Shown: in pieces, positions 13,200 through 26,499 of the stretch
How the letters are laid out: each line of letters starts with the position of its first letter
Numbering within the stretch: the stretch's first letter is position 1
DNA from: Squalus acanthias
Lineage: Eukaryota
Direction: 5' to 3'
Length of the DNA stretch: 64,000 nucleotides
NCBI GenBank assembly: GCA_030390025.1
Contig: CM059432.1
Coordinates: forward strand, 123,940,001 to 124,004,000
Translations under genes and position numbers: made by a program
Notes under the pieces: model-generated
Seen by the model: the letters and a program-made list of their open reading frames with translations, nothing else
Databases searched by the model: none
Told to the model about the DNA's origin: nothing

Positions 13200-13782
13200 C
13201 GTCATAATGGCTGCATGCTCACCCTTATATCACCAAAGATTACATTCAGGATCTTGTGCCCCTCTCCAGCCCTGATCAACCTCCCTTAACATCAATAGTG
13301 AAAACAAATAGCATACTTTACCATTAGACCCCTAGAGACTTGACTCCTCTTCCTCTCCCCGCTAGACTGGCAGGAAAAATGGAAAGACGCTCAGCACGAG
13401 ATAGCCAATCATACTCTTCCTGTCACGGACTTTGAATGTCACAGTTCGATGCTTTCATGCTTTTTAGACCAGGAGGCCGCTTTCGGGCGTTTGGTCATCT
13501 TCTTGATGACATTAGCTGGCAAGTTCTCGATGAACCAGCACACACAGGGAAACCACGTGTAGGTTGTCATCTGCTCCACTGGTGGAAGATGAGGGACGAC
13601 CCGAAGTGCAACTGTAGCCATGAGTCTCAGACCACAGAACACATCACATCAACCTGCCCACTAAGATCTGTTGTGGGAGGCACCTCATTGCGCCACTCGG
13701 CATCTCAGGAGGCCATCGAATGGATAGCCAAACTAGACATCCCGTTATAAGCTTTTCCCATCATACAAAACAACAACAACAA
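13200..13782 (+). mobile_element. Vingi/Ingi-like LINE 3' fragment
   Basis: C-terminal zinc finger CHLLHWW...CNCSHESQTTEHITSTCP, homologous to 28960-29156; CATAC followed by (AAC)n tail. Confidence 0.75.
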
Positions 13783-14068
13783 TGTCACAGCGGGCTCCAC
13801 TTTCACCTCTAAGATTCTGGTTTGATTCAAGCTCACTACTAATGAAATGTGAACCTTCTCACTCTGCTGGATATAAGGATCCCAAATCAAATAAGTTTGT
13901 GCAATTTCAAATCAGTTCCTGGTTGGCATGGGATTATACCCTAAAATCGCCCAAAATCCAACTCTAGTTAGTGTTAAATTGGCAATTGCAGAGGCCATGT
14001 GGATGGCTGGTGGGGGAAGTAGGAACATTTTGCAGTGGTACAGAAGGTGATGATGCTGTTCTGAAGTT

Positions 14069-14307
14069 ACGGCAGGTGTTGCATCTCCTGTGCTTGCATG
14101 GGAAGATGCTGTGGGAAGAGGAGCGGGTGTTGGGAGTGGACCAGGGTGTCACGGAGGGAACGGTCTCTTCGGAATGCTGAAAGGGGAGGGGAGAGAAAGA
14201 TGTGTTTGGTGGTAGCATCATGCTGGAGGTGACGGAAATGGCGGAGGATGAACCGTTGAATGTGGAGGCAGGTGGGGTGGAAGGTGAGGACAAGGGGAAC
14301 CCTATCA
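14069..14307 (-). mobile_element. Penelope-like element coding fragment
   Basis: Minus strand DRVPLVLTFHPT...LRHFRHLQHDATTKHIF...AFRRDRSLRDTLVHS...PCKHRRCNTC, the RT thumb/linker that precedes the GIY-YIG nuclease. Confidence 0.85.
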
Positions 14308-15080
14308 TGATTCTAGGATTTTTACACATAGACTAGCAATCTCCCATAACGTGGACATGAAAGATCAAATATGTTGTTTATAATGATAGGAGCATTATAC
14401 TTTGGAACTCACAATGCATTATTATAGTAAAGACAAAAGTCTTGCTCCAATGCAATATCTCGTGAAAAATCCCAAGACTTCCACCCTCAACTTTCCCTGT
14501 CTCTACTCACCGGCACTTTAATTTTAATCAGCGGAACATTTTAGTGCCTCTCCAACCGATTGCTTTAGCAATTGATGATGCATGCTTTGCTTTCCTGCAA
14601 GTTAACTCAAATCTTAATTTTGAACTGCACCAGTGAGCTGACTGATTACCGACTGTCTGGCCAGCTATTACAGTAAATAGTTGGATACTTCCTTCAGTGT
14701 TCATCAGGGTGGGAGAGGCATAGAGTGGCACTTTAAAACCTGCTGATGATGAAGTGCTGGTGAGGAGAGCAAACTGACTGCCATTATGAGAACACTATCT
14801 TCTGCAACTACCTGACACTTAAGCCATTTACCCTGTAACATTCCCACAATTTTTGCAGCACCAAACTCCTTCCCCTGATTGTAGTTGATCAGCAGTGGCA
14901 TTGCTCATCGACAAAGATTTGAAAAATATAAATGACCCTGAATTTCCTTGATGTCAATTATGCTGTTATTATGCCATAGAATTACGCTGCTCACCAGCAC
15001 TGGAATTACACGCAAATTTCCTGTGTAAGTTAATTAGCATATGAACTGGTGTTACTACTGGCATCATTCACATGTAAACG

Positions 15081-15233
15081 AACATAAGAAATAGGAGCAG
15101 CAGTAGCCTATTTGGCCCTTGAAGCTGTGCCAATATTCAATAAGTTCATGGCTGACCTTCTACCTCATCTCCACTTTCCTGCACTATCCCCATATCCCTT
15201 GATTCCCTTAATATTCAAAAATCTATCTATCTC
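15081..15233 (-). mobile_element. CR1 3' end fragment
   Basis: AACATAAGAAATAGGAGCAG... is the reverse complement of the CR1 tail at 3560-3720. Confidence 0.8.
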
Positions 15234-15244
15234 ATAGAGGCACA

Positions 15245-16135
15245 GGGGGAAAAATTCAGTTGGTTGTGCCTCCAGTTAGTGCCTTAAGAGGGCGCTAATG
15301 GGGCGCAAAGCATCTAGCGCCCGGGCGCGGCGATGTTTGCGCCGCTCGTGAAATTAACTAGACATTTTGCGGCGGCGCTAAACACTACCGCCACGATCTC
15401 CTGCGCCGGCAGATCGTGACGTCAGTCGAGTGCGCAACGCCCCGGTATCGCCCCGGAGCGAATATTGAGTGGCGCCCCCTGCCTTACCGCCTGCCGCTGG
15501 CAATGACAGGTTGAGGGGAGTGTTTTGCAGTCAGGAAGGGACTGGGGGAGCGCTATTTAAAGGTGACCGCTTCCTGCCTTTTATTGTTGGTGACATTTTT
15601 GAACCACGCATTCTGAGAGAGAGAGAGAGAGACTTCTGGAGAGATTCAACGCTGTGTGAAGGAGTTTTGGGTACTGAGCAGCACTTTGCAGGTTCATTTT
15701 AATTTGCCCTTCCTTGTATCGATTTAGAAGAGACTGTGGGGGCTGCACTCTGAGCTCTTTCCCTGGTACTCTCCATTGTTCTTTCCAGCAGATTTGATGT
15801 ACAGCTCTCCAGGCCGAGATTCAAGGCTGCAATGAGCAGGATGTGGATGGAAAGCAAGATCAACCCTCCCCTTTAAGAACTGGCCGGTGCCATTGTGTGT
15901 GTTTTCCATTGCTGACTGACATCACATTAGCTTTGCCAGCGCTCTGAGGTAGCACCTCGCTCCTCAGCCTTTGCGCCTTAAGACAGTTGTGCAGCGCCTG
16001 ATTTAGCGCTCCAATCACCTCCAGGGGCGATAAAAGTCAAGTTTGCAGTCGGTGGCGATAATTAGCGCCAGGCGCTAATCTTTGCGCCCGGCCGATAATT
16101 GCGCCCCAAATGGGGCGATATTGAATTTCTCCCCC
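15245..16135 (-). mobile_element. MITE family A, copy 3 (in CR1 3' tail repeat)
   Basis: Reverse complement of 11228-12119; TSD ACA/ATA (one mismatch). Confidence 0.93.
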
Positions 16136-18476
16136 ATAGAGTCATAACGGCACAGAAGGAGGCCATTCGGCCCATCAAGTCCGTGCCAGCTCTTTGTAGA
16201 GCAATCCAGTCAGTCCCATTCCCCCGCTCTATCCCCGTATCCCTGCAAGTTTATTTCCCTCAAGTGCCGATCCAGTCTCCCCTTGAAAACATTGAGTGTC
16301 TCCGCTTCCATCACTTCCGTTGGCAGTGAATTCCAGGTCATCACCACTCGCTGCGTAAAAAAGTTTTTCCTCACGTTACCTCTGTATCTCTTGCCCAAAA
16401 CCTTAAATCTGTGTCCCCTAGTCCTTGTACCATGAACTAGTGGGAACAGATTTTCCCCATCTAGCCTATCCAAACCCATCATAATCTTGTACACCTCTAT
16501 CAAATCACCCCTCAACCTCCTTTGCTCTAATGAAAACAAATGCAGCTTCTGCAACCTGTCCTTGTAGCTAAGATTGCCCATCCCCGGAACCATTCTGGTA
16601 AATCTCCTCTGCACCCTCTCAAGGGCCTTCACATCCTTCCTAAAGTGTGGTGACCAGAACTGGATGCAATACTCCAGTTGTGGCCTAACCAGCGCTTTAT
16701 AAAGATTCAGCATAACTTCTCTACTTTTGTACTCAATACCTTTATTTATGAAGCCCAAGATCCCATATGCTTTGTTAACCACTCTCTCAATATGTCCTGC
16801 CACCTTCAGGGACTTATGCACATTAACTCCCAGGTCCCTCTGTCCCTGCACACACTTTAAAACTGTGCCATGAAGTGTATATTGCCTCTCCCTGTTCCTT
16901 CTGCCAAAATGCATCACCTCACACTTCTCTGTATTAAAGTCCATCTGCCACTTGTCTGTCTATTCTGCTAGCCTTTCTATGTCCTGTTGCAGTCGATTGG
17001 TATCATCCTCATTGTTTGCCACCCCCCCAAGTTTGGTTCATTGGCAAATTTAGAAATTCTACTCTGTATTCCAATATCCAGTTCATTTATATATATTAAA
17101 AAAGCAGTGGCCCCAGCACTGACCTTTGGGGAACACTACTGTCTACCATCCTCCTGTCTGAAAAACAGCCATTTACCACAGCTCGCTGTTTTCTGTCCTT
17201 CAGCCAATTCCTTATCCAAGCTGCCACGGACCCACCTATTCCATGAGCCTCAATTTTGTTAACCAGCCTTCTATGTGGTACTTTGTCAAACGCCTTCTGA
17301 AAATCCATTTACACAACATCCATTGCATTCCCTTCATCAATCCTTTCTGTTACTTCATCAAAAAATTCAGTTAGATTAGTCAAACATGATCTGCCTTGAA
17401 CAAATCTGTGTTGGCTCTCCTTAATTAGCTTAAACCTCTCCAAGTGCCTGTTAATTTTTTCCTTGATTATTGTATCTAAAACTTTACCCACCACTGATGT
17501 TAAACTGACTGGCCTGTAGTTACTAGGATTGTCCTTACACCCTTTCTTGAACAATGGTCTCACATTTGCCACTTTCCAATCCTCAGGCACCTCCCCGCAT
17601 CTAGGGAAAATTGGAAAATTATGGCAAGCCCTCCCGCTATCTCCTCCCCCAATTCACTTAGCAACCTGGGATGCAAGCCATCAGGACCAGGCGACTTGTC
17701 CACTCTAAGCATACCCAGCCTTTCTAGTACATCCTGTCTATCAATTTTCACCCCTTCCATTACTTCTACCTTTTCCACTTCTACCGATATTTTGTCAGCT
17801 TCCACCTCCTTAGTAAACACCGATACAAAGTACTCATTGAGTATTCTAGCCTTTCCCTGCGCCTCTAACCATATATGACCTTCTTTGTCTTTAATAGGCC
17901 CCACCCCGCCTCTTATTCCTCACTTACTGATTTTTGCGTTCCCTTTTATGTTAACCGCCATTCTACTCTCATATTCTCTCTTTGCCAATCTTATTTTCAT
18001 CTTCACATCCCTTCTCAACTTATAGTATTTGGTCTGGTTCTCCCTTGAAGAATTCATCTGACATGCATCATACACCCTCTTTTTTTGTTTCATCATGTTC
18101 TCTATCTCCCTCGTCATCCGAGGAGCCCTTGCTTTGGTTCCCGTACCCTTTCCTCTTGTTGGAATGTACCTAGCCTGTACTTGGAACATCTCCTCCTTAA
18201 AGATCACCCATTGTTCCATTACAGTTTTTTCTGTCAGTCTTTGGTTCCATTTTACCCTGGCTAGATCCTTTCGCATCCCATTGAAGTTAGCCCTATTCCA
18301 GTTTAGAAGTTCCACTCTAGATTGTTCCTTGCTCCTCTCCATTGCTAATCTAAATCTTATGATACGATGATCACTCGTACCCAAGTGTTCTCCCACAGAC
18401 ACTTGGTCGACCTGGCCCACCTCATTCCCCAGCAGCAGATCCAGCAATACCTTGTTCCTAGTTGGGCCAAAAACAT

Positions 18477-18783
18477 CAGAAAACGCTGGGAAAACTCAGC
18501 AGGCCAGGCAGCATCCATGGAGAGAGAAACAGAGTTAACGTTTCAGGTCGAAGACCTTTCGTCAGAACTGGAAATAGCAGGAAATGAAATAGATTTAAGG
18601 CAAGGATAAAGCTGGGAAAAGGGGGAGGGGATGAAAGAACAAAAGGAGAGATTAAGAGACATTGAGAGACATTCAGAGATGTTCAAGGCAAGAGGTGGTG
18701 TTAATATGACAGGTTGAGGCTAAAAGAAGTGTGAAATGCACTGGCAGAATGAAGGACAGCTGCCAGCTTCTCGGAGGGAAAAA
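18477..18783 (-). mobile_element. Penelope-like terminal-repeat insertion in CR1 ORF2
   Basis: Interrupts CR1 FLDQYVLGPTR; flanked by AAAAACAT (18469-18476 and 18784-18791); contains a hammerhead core. Confidence 0.75.
18533..18569 (-). ncRNA. Minimal type I hammerhead ribozyme (PLE-associated)
   Basis: Minus strand AGTT CTGACGA A AGGTC TTC GACCT GAAA CGTT AACT: CUGANGA and GAAA core, stem II AGGTC/GACCT, stem I AGTT/AACT, palindromic AACGTT in place of stem III. Confidence 0.8.
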
Positions 18784-21246
18784 AAAAACATATTGGTCAA
18801 GGAAATTCTCCTGAACACATTTCAGAAATTCCTCCCCTTCTTTCCCTTTACCCTAGCATTATCCCAATCGATATTTGGGTAATTAAAGTCCCCCAATATC
18901 ACTACTCTATAGCTCTTGCATATCTCTGCGATTTCCCTGCAGATTTGCTCCTCTACCTCCCTCTCACTATTTGGAGGCCTATAGAATACCCCCAATAGCA
19001 TGATCATACCCGTGTTGCTCCTCAACTCTAACCAAATGGATTCTGTCCTTGTCCCCTCAAGAACATCCTCCCTTTCCAACACTACAATGTCTTCCATAAG
19101 CAGCACTGCCACCCAACCTCCCTTTTCTCCTTCCCTATCTGTTCTGAACACCTTGCACTCTTGAATACTAAGTGTCCAGTCCTCACCGTTTTTAAGCCAC
19201 GTTTCCGTTATTGCCTCAACATCATATTGCCACACGACTAATTGTGATTGTATCTCACCCACCTTATTCACCACACTTTGTGCGTTTACGTACATGCATT
19301 CTAAACCCATTTTGGAATTTTTCTGAGTATTTCTTAATCTGCACCTATCTAATATGGTACTATTACCACCTCTAGTAATATCTTCGCAATACTATCCAAA
19401 CACAATCACTCTTTTATGCACCTTATTCCTCTTTTCTACTCCTATATGCAGGTGCCCATCCCCCTGCCAAGCTAGTTTAAACCCTCCCCAACAGCACTAA
19501 TAAACCTCCCCGCGAGAATATTGGTCCCGGCTCTGTTGAGATGTAACCCGTCCCAATGCCTCAGGAATCTAAAGCCTTCCCTCCTGCACCATCTCTCCAG
19601 CCACGCATTCGTCTGTTCTATCCTCCTATTCCTGTACTCACTAGCACGTGGCACTGAGAGTAATCCGAAGATTACTAACTTTGAGGTCCTGCTTTTTAAT
19701 CTCTCTACTAGCGCCCTAAACTCTGCCTGTAGGACCTCATTCCTCTTTCTGCCTATGTCGTTGGTACCGATATGGACAATGACCTCTGGCTTTTCACCCT
19801 CCCCCCTCAGAGTGTCCTGCAGCCGCTCAGTGACATCCTTGACCCTGGCACTAGGGAGGCAACATACCATCCTGGAGTCACGTCTACGACTGCAGAAACG
19901 CCTGTCTGCAGCCCTAACTATCGAATCCCCTATCACTATTGCTCTTCTACACTTTTTCCTCCCCCCCTTTGCAGCTGAGCCACCCATGGTGCCGTGGACT
20001 TGACTCTGGCTACACTCCCCAGAGGAACCATCGCCCTCACCAGTACTGAGAACAGAATACTGGTTGGAGAGCGCGATGCACTCCGGGGACTCCTGCACTA
20101 CCTGCCTGGTCCTCCTCTTCTGTCTGGCGGTCACCCATTCCCTCTCTGCTTGCACACTCTTAAGCTGCGGGGTGACCACCTCTCGAAACGTGCTATCCAC
20201 GTAACTCTCAGCCTCGCGGATGCACTGCAGTGACTCCAGCCGCCGCTCAAGCTGCGAAACCCAGAGCTCGAGTTGCTGTAGCTGGCGACACTTTATTTTA
20301 ATTTGTTTTTATGGGATGTGGACATTACTGGCAAGGCCAGCATTTATTGCCCATCTCTAATTGCCCTTGAGAAGGTGGTGGTGCACCGCCTTTTTGAACT
20401 GCTGCAGTCCGTGTGGTGAAGGTACTCCCACAGTGCTGTTAGGGAGGGAGTTCCATCATTTTGACCCAGCGACGATGAAGGATCAACGATATACTTCTAA
20501 ATCAGGTATATGTGTGACTTCGAGGGGAACTTGGAGATGGTGGTGTTCCCATGCGCTGCTGCCCTTGTCCTTCTAGGTGGAAGAGATCGCGGGTTTGGGA
20601 GGTGCTGCTGAAGAAGCCTTGGTGAGTTGCTGCAGTGCATCTTGTAGATGGTACACACTGCAGCCACGGTATGCCAGTAGTGGAGGGAGTGAATGTTTAA
20701 GCTGGTAGAGGGGGTGCCAATCAAGCGGGCTGCTTTGTCCTGGATGGTGTCGAGCTTCTTGAGTGTTGTTGGAGCTGCACTCATCCAGGCAAGTGGAGAG
20801 TATTCCATCACACTCCTTACTTGTGCCTTGTAGATGGTAGAAAGGCTTTGGGGAGCCAGGAGGTGATACACTCGCCACAGTATACCTAGCCTCTGACCTG
20901 CTCTTGTTGCCACAATATTTATGTGGCTGGTCCAGTTAAGTTTCTGGTCAATGGTGACCCCCCAGGATGTTGATGGTGGGGGATTCGGCGATGGTAATGC
21001 CATTGAATGTCAAGGGGCGGTGTTTAGACTCTCGCTTGTTGGAGATAGTCATTGCCTGGCACTTCTGTGGCGTGAATGTTACCTGCCACTTATCAGCCCA
21101 AGCCTGAACATCGTCCAGGTCTTGTTGCATGCGGGCATGAACTGCTTCATTATCTGAGGATTTGTGAATGGCACTGAACACTGTGCAGTCATCAGCGAAC
21201 ATCCCCATTTCTGACCTTATGTTGGAGGGAAGGTCATTGATGAAGC

Positions 21247-22224
21247 TGTAAGGGGTTTTTGTCTCGGGCTTATTTGTAGGTCAGCCAGTTATGTTTTCCT
21301 GGACTGTCCTGCGCCCGCTATGCGGTTGCGAATCGCTATCCCCTTTATTAGTTCTGAGCCCAGGACTTATCGAGCGGCGATAAAGACAAACGAACAGACC
21401 CGTGGATTGGTGCGAGGAAAACCAATGTTTATTTGCAGAAGTAAAACTCCAGAGAAACAGTATCATATGAAAACGGTTTTACACTTAGCATGGGAAGAGA
21501 ACGGACACATCGAGGGAAAATCCTAAAATTACAGTTTTAGCAATATCCCCATTAATCCCCACCCTTATGCCTAACTAAAATTGTCTTGCGACAGCCAGAA
21601 GAAAGATAATGTTCACCGGTGAAATGGATGGAAAAACCTGGCCCTGAGCTCTGTTTCTGCCGTCGACACGTGGCGTTTCTGGTAGTCTTCTTTCATAGCT
21701 GCTGGCAGACAGAGCGAACCGAGGGTCCAGGCAGAGAGAGAGAGAGAAATGGCTGGGTCTTCCCAGTTATACCCCTCCCGGTCGCCCTAATCTCCCTTCC
21801 GATCAGTACATTTCTATTGTCTGATCTGGGCATGATGAATTTTAACAAAAGGTACTGGTCTCGGCCCATCATGTTAAATGGCCGGTAATGGTGTGATACC
21901 AGTTCTTCAACTGCTACCCTATTGTTCGACAGGTTGGATGATTGTCCAGAACAATTCCGTTGATGGGCCCAGCGCCGTCTCAATGTCCCCGCCGATTACT
22001 TGAGCAAACACCTTGAAAGCCTTATGCATAGACCTGATTGTAATGCATAAGGAAAGGTCCTGTCCTGTTGCAGACATCGGAATACACAAGCTGACACGAG
22101 GTCCGACCGCGGCCATTTTATGCCCTGGATTTTAAAACTCAGTCTGACCAGGGTTTCTTTATTAATAAGTCCAACAACAAACATCTTCGGGGGGGGAACA
22201 CATGAAATTTTGCGAATCCTTTCA
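21247..22224 (-). mobile_element. Solo LTR (~980 bp)
   Basis: TG...CA ends with imperfect IR (TGTAAGG / CCTTTCA); 5-bp TSD GAAGC; removal restores IFSCFIND. TATAA (~21766) and AATAAA (~21344) lie on the minus strand. Confidence 0.88.
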
Positions 22225-23844
22225 GAAGCAGCTGAAGATGTTTGGGCCTAGGACACTGCCCTGAGGATCTCCTGCAGAGCTGTCCTGTGGCTGTGATGAT
22301 TGACCTTCAATCACCACAACCAACTTCCTTTGTGCTAGGTATGACTCCAGCCAATGGAGAGTTTTCTCCCCAATTCCCATTGACTTTAGTTTTACTAGAG
22401 CTTCTTCATGCCACCCTCGGTCTAAATGCTGCCTTGATGTCAAGGGCAGTCACTCTCACCTCACCTCTGGAATTCAGCTCCTTTGTCCATGTTTTGTCTT
22501 TGTCCAAGGCTGTAATGAAGTCGGGAGCCGAGTGGTCCTGGCAGAACCCAAACTGAGCATCAGTGAGCAGGCTATTGGTGAGTAAGTGCCGCTTGGTAAC
22601 ACTGTCGATGACACCTTCCATCACTTTGCTGATGATTGAGAGTAGACTGATGGGGCGGTAATTGGCCGGATTGGATTTGTCCTGCTTTTTGTGGACAGGA
22701 CATACCTGAGCAGTTTTCCACATTGTCGGATAAATGCCATTGTTGTAGCTGTACTGGAACAGCTTGGCTAGAGGCACGGCTAGTTCTTCTGGAGCACAAG
22801 TTTTCAGCACGATAGCCGGGATGTTGTCAGGGCCCATAGCCTTTGCTGTATCCAGTGCACTCAGTCGTTTCTTGATATCACGTGGAGTGAATTGAATTGT
22901 CTGAAGACTGGCTTCTGTAATGGTGGGGACCTCAGGAGTAGGCCGATATGGATCATCCACTCGGCACCTCTGGCTGAAGATGGTTACAAACGCTTCAGCC
23001 ATGTCTTTTGCACTCACGTGCTGGGCTCCACCATCATTGAGGATGGGGATATTCATGGAGCCTCCTCCTCCCGTTAGTTGTTTAATGGTCCACCACCATT
23101 CACGACTGGATGTGGCAGGACTGCAGAGCTTTGATCTGATCCTTTAATTGTGGGATCGCTTAGCCCTTTCTATAGCATGCTGCTTCTGCTTTTTAGCATG
23201 CATGTAGTCCTGTGTTGCAGCTTCCCCAGGTTGGCACCTCATTTTTAGGTACACCTGGTGCTGCTCCTGACATGCTCTTCTACACTCCTTAATGAACCAG
23301 GGTTGGTCCCCTGGCTTGATGGTAATGGTAGAGTGAGGGATATGCTGGGCCATGAGGTTACAGATTGTGGTGGAATACAATTCTGCTGCTGCTGATGGCC
23401 CACAGCGCCTCATGGATGCCCAGTTTTGAGCTGCTAGATCTGTTCTGAATCTATCCCATTTAGCACAGTAGTAGTGCCACACAGCACGATGGAGGGTGTC
23501 CTCAGTGTGAAGACGAGACTTTGTCTCCACAATGACTGTGTGGTGGTCACTGCTACCAATACTGTCATGGACAGATGCATCTGCGACAGGTAGATTGGTG
23601 AGGACGAGGTCAAGTAGGTTTTTCCCTTGTGTTGGTTCTATCACCACCTGTCGCAGGCCCAGTCTAGCAGCTCTGTCCTTCAGGACTCGGCTAGCTCCAT
23701 CAGTAGTGGTGTTACTGAACCACTCTTGGTGATGGACATTGAAGTCCCCCACCCAGAGTACATTCTGTGCCCTTGCTATTCTCAGTTCTTCTTCCAAGTG
23801 GTGTTTAACATGGAGGAGTACTGATTCATCAGCTGAGGGAGGGC

Positions 23845-25501
23845 TGTAGAATTCGCAATATAATCGCGATTTTATAAATAAGGAGTAAACACATAGTTTC
23901 GTTCAAACAGCTTTATTTCAGCAGAATGCTGTCAGGTTTTCAAAGTGGACACAAGCAGCCTGTAAAATGGCCGCCACGCCTCGTGGCAGAACATTCTAGA
24001 CTTTTCGATAAGCAGACAAGATGGCGTTCCAATAAACATTTGTGCGAGATCGATCAAGACTCAGCACATTTGAGATAATACACAAGACATTATGGGTTTG
24101 CAGTATACACATAAATACTGAAATCGGTCTCCCAGGTGCGAATAAGGGCTATTGTACCAAGCGATCAAGAACCCATCCAAAGACATTAATATGCAAAATC
24201 CCCACGACTCTACGATGAGAGAGCCGTTTGCGGGTAGTTACAGAAAACATTTGGAAGCCCCAAAACCCCTCCAGGGAGAATACCAACCGGTTACACATTG
24301 GAAAAGTATTAACAGGTACTCAGACAGTTGCGAGTATCCCCGAAACCCATTAAACGGAGATCACCCTATACAAGAAATTTGGGCGCCAAAACCCTAACAA
24401 AAGAAAAGACATTAAGGTTGGGCGGGAAAAGAAGAGTGTTCGCACTATAACTGTAAGCTGCAACCGTCCATCTTTCTCTTATCCTTTCGACTCCTTGCCG
24501 CTTGCCTCATGTCTCTGCCTCTTGCAGCTTTTAAAGACTGTTGAACTTTACGATCCGCCAGGATCAGCCTCGTGGCTTGCCGCGAAGATCTGTGTGGAAC
24601 TGGGCTGTGAAGCCTTGAAACGGGCACACCATCCCGAGAAGTCGGTAAACGGTGTTGGCACCGAAGGCCCGAGATGAGATGAGATGAGATGAGATGAGAA
24701 GAGAAGAAGACGACCATACATATCGCCACAGTCAGTAAGCCCCGACCGTGCCTGTAGGTCGAATAGACACTTTCCTTGCCCAGGAAGACCATCTTTGAGT
24801 TCTACAGAACTGGCATCGGAAGACTATTCTTTGAGTTTTATCGAATCAGTGCGAGGGCACAGGAAGACTATTTTTCGAGTCGTGTCGGAACTCCGAGGAC
24901 AACACAGATCTTCATGACAGCAGACGGTCCAGCCTGCTAGCCGGAGCAGAAACAAGTAAACAAGTGGGGTACAGAGACCCCTGATCAACACGTGGGTGAT
25001 CAGGTGCTGCGGTGAAAAACATCCGATCAGAGTTTTCGGAATTCTCCGAGTTATCACGAGTGGTGAGCATGAGTCTCGATCCTACAAATCTAGCTTAGAG
25101 CAGGTATTGATAGGGGAGGGTTTAAGTTTTAAGGATAACTGTAATGTGTGCCCCCATTTACGATGTGTCGTTCGTTCCTCGTTTCCCTGAAATTAGTTAC
25201 ATAACTGCGTGTAAGATTGTACTGTCATTAATCTGTGCTTATGACATGTATTTCGTAATCTTGAATAATATGCAATAAAGATTTTCCATTTCGTACCATT
25301 CAACCGGGTCTACCTGAGTTTTCTCTCCATTATTGCTCTCGCATCTAAGTCCAGTGTCAGAACCGTAAGGGCGAGTGGGTCGAACCACTCACAGGTGTCT
25401 AGTGCTCCCAGACTGGCTGGAGACCAGAACAGGCAACAAGGCCTAACCTCGCACTAGCACCCAGGCTGAGCACAGAGCCACACGGGTCAGAAACCCTTAC
25501 A
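23845..25501 (+). mobile_element. Solo LTR (~1.66 kb)
   Basis: TGTA...TACA ends; 4-bp TSD GGGC; removal restores YRPPSADES; AATAAA at ~25274; internal (GAGAT)n at ~24671-24700. Confidence 0.88.
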
Positions 25502-26499
25502 GGGCGGTAGGTGGTAGTTAGCAGGAGGTTTCCTTGCCCATGCTTTACCTGAATCCATGATAACACATGGGGTCCAGAGTCAATGTTGAGGACTCCCAAG
25601 GCCACTCCTTCCCAACTGTATACCACTGTGCCGCCACCCCTGGTGGGTCTGTCCTGCCCGTGGGACAGGATGGTGATGGAGGAGTTTGGGACATTGGCTG
25701 AAGGGTATGATTCTGTGAGTATGACTAAATCAGGCTGTTGCTCGACTAGTCTGTGGGACAACTCTCCCAATTTTGGCACAAGTCCCCAGATGTTGGTGAG
25801 GAGGACCTTGCAGGGTCGACTGGGCTGGGTGTGCCGTTGCCGTGTCTGTAGCCGGTGCCGAGGTCGATGCCGGGTGGTCCGTCTGGTTTCATTTTTATTA
25901 TTTTGTTTCATAGTGGTTTGTTACAACTGAGTGGCTTGCTAGGCCATTTCAGAGGGCAATTAAGAGTCAACCACATTGCTGTGGGTCTGGAGTCACATAT
26001 AGGCCAGACCAGGTAAGGACGGCAGATTTCCTTCTCTACAGGACATTAGTAAACCAGATGGGTTTTTATGACAATCCGATAGTTTCATGGTTACCATTAC
26101 TGATACTAGTAATTATTCCAGATTTTTTTCCCCAGCTGCCGTGGTGGGATTTGAACTCACGTCTTTGGATCATTAGTCCAGGCCATGTGAACCGCACATG
26201 TGGTTGTCCAGGCTATGCGAAGCGTCCAGGACTTCTCACATGGCACAGGATGTGCACTCCACGGGACAGAGCTGCCCTGCCATGCCTCTATTTAATAGAA
26301 TAAGAACTAACTTAGCAGAAATAAACTTAAAACTTAACAATAAACACTCACCAGCTACTCACCAATCAGCTCCTTCCCTTGTGCCAACATCACTTTTTCT
26401 ACTCTGATGTCACTCTTTCGGATTCTGCCTCTGTTGAGTTGCTGCCTCTCTCGCTCTGCTCCCGCTCTGGTCTCGCCCAGCTCCGCTGCCTCCTCCCAA

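Larger units (their letters stand above)
20294..26183 (-). mobile_element. tRNA-headed single-ORF LINE (CR1/Jockey-group-like APE-RT), copy 1, split by two solo LTRs
   Basis: Segments 25502-26183, 22225-23844 and 20294-21246 join into head, ORF ([42 protein letters not shown]) and 3' tail. B box at 26146-26158. Inserted in CR1 ORF1. Confidence 0.92.
16136..26497 (-). mobile_element. Near-full-length CR1 LINE, inactive, host of nested insertions
   Basis: ORF2 pieces 16210-16944, 17096-17904, 17920-18447 and 18822-19310; ORF1 esterase 19472-20200; ORF1 N-terminus and 5' UTR resume at ~26190 after the nested LINE. Confidence 0.93.

Noticed and set aside
25800..25950. 2A-like peptide or HDV-like ribozyme at the start of the single ORF
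   Set aside because: No DxExNPGP in the frames I read, and I could not assemble the HDV nested pseudoknot by eye.
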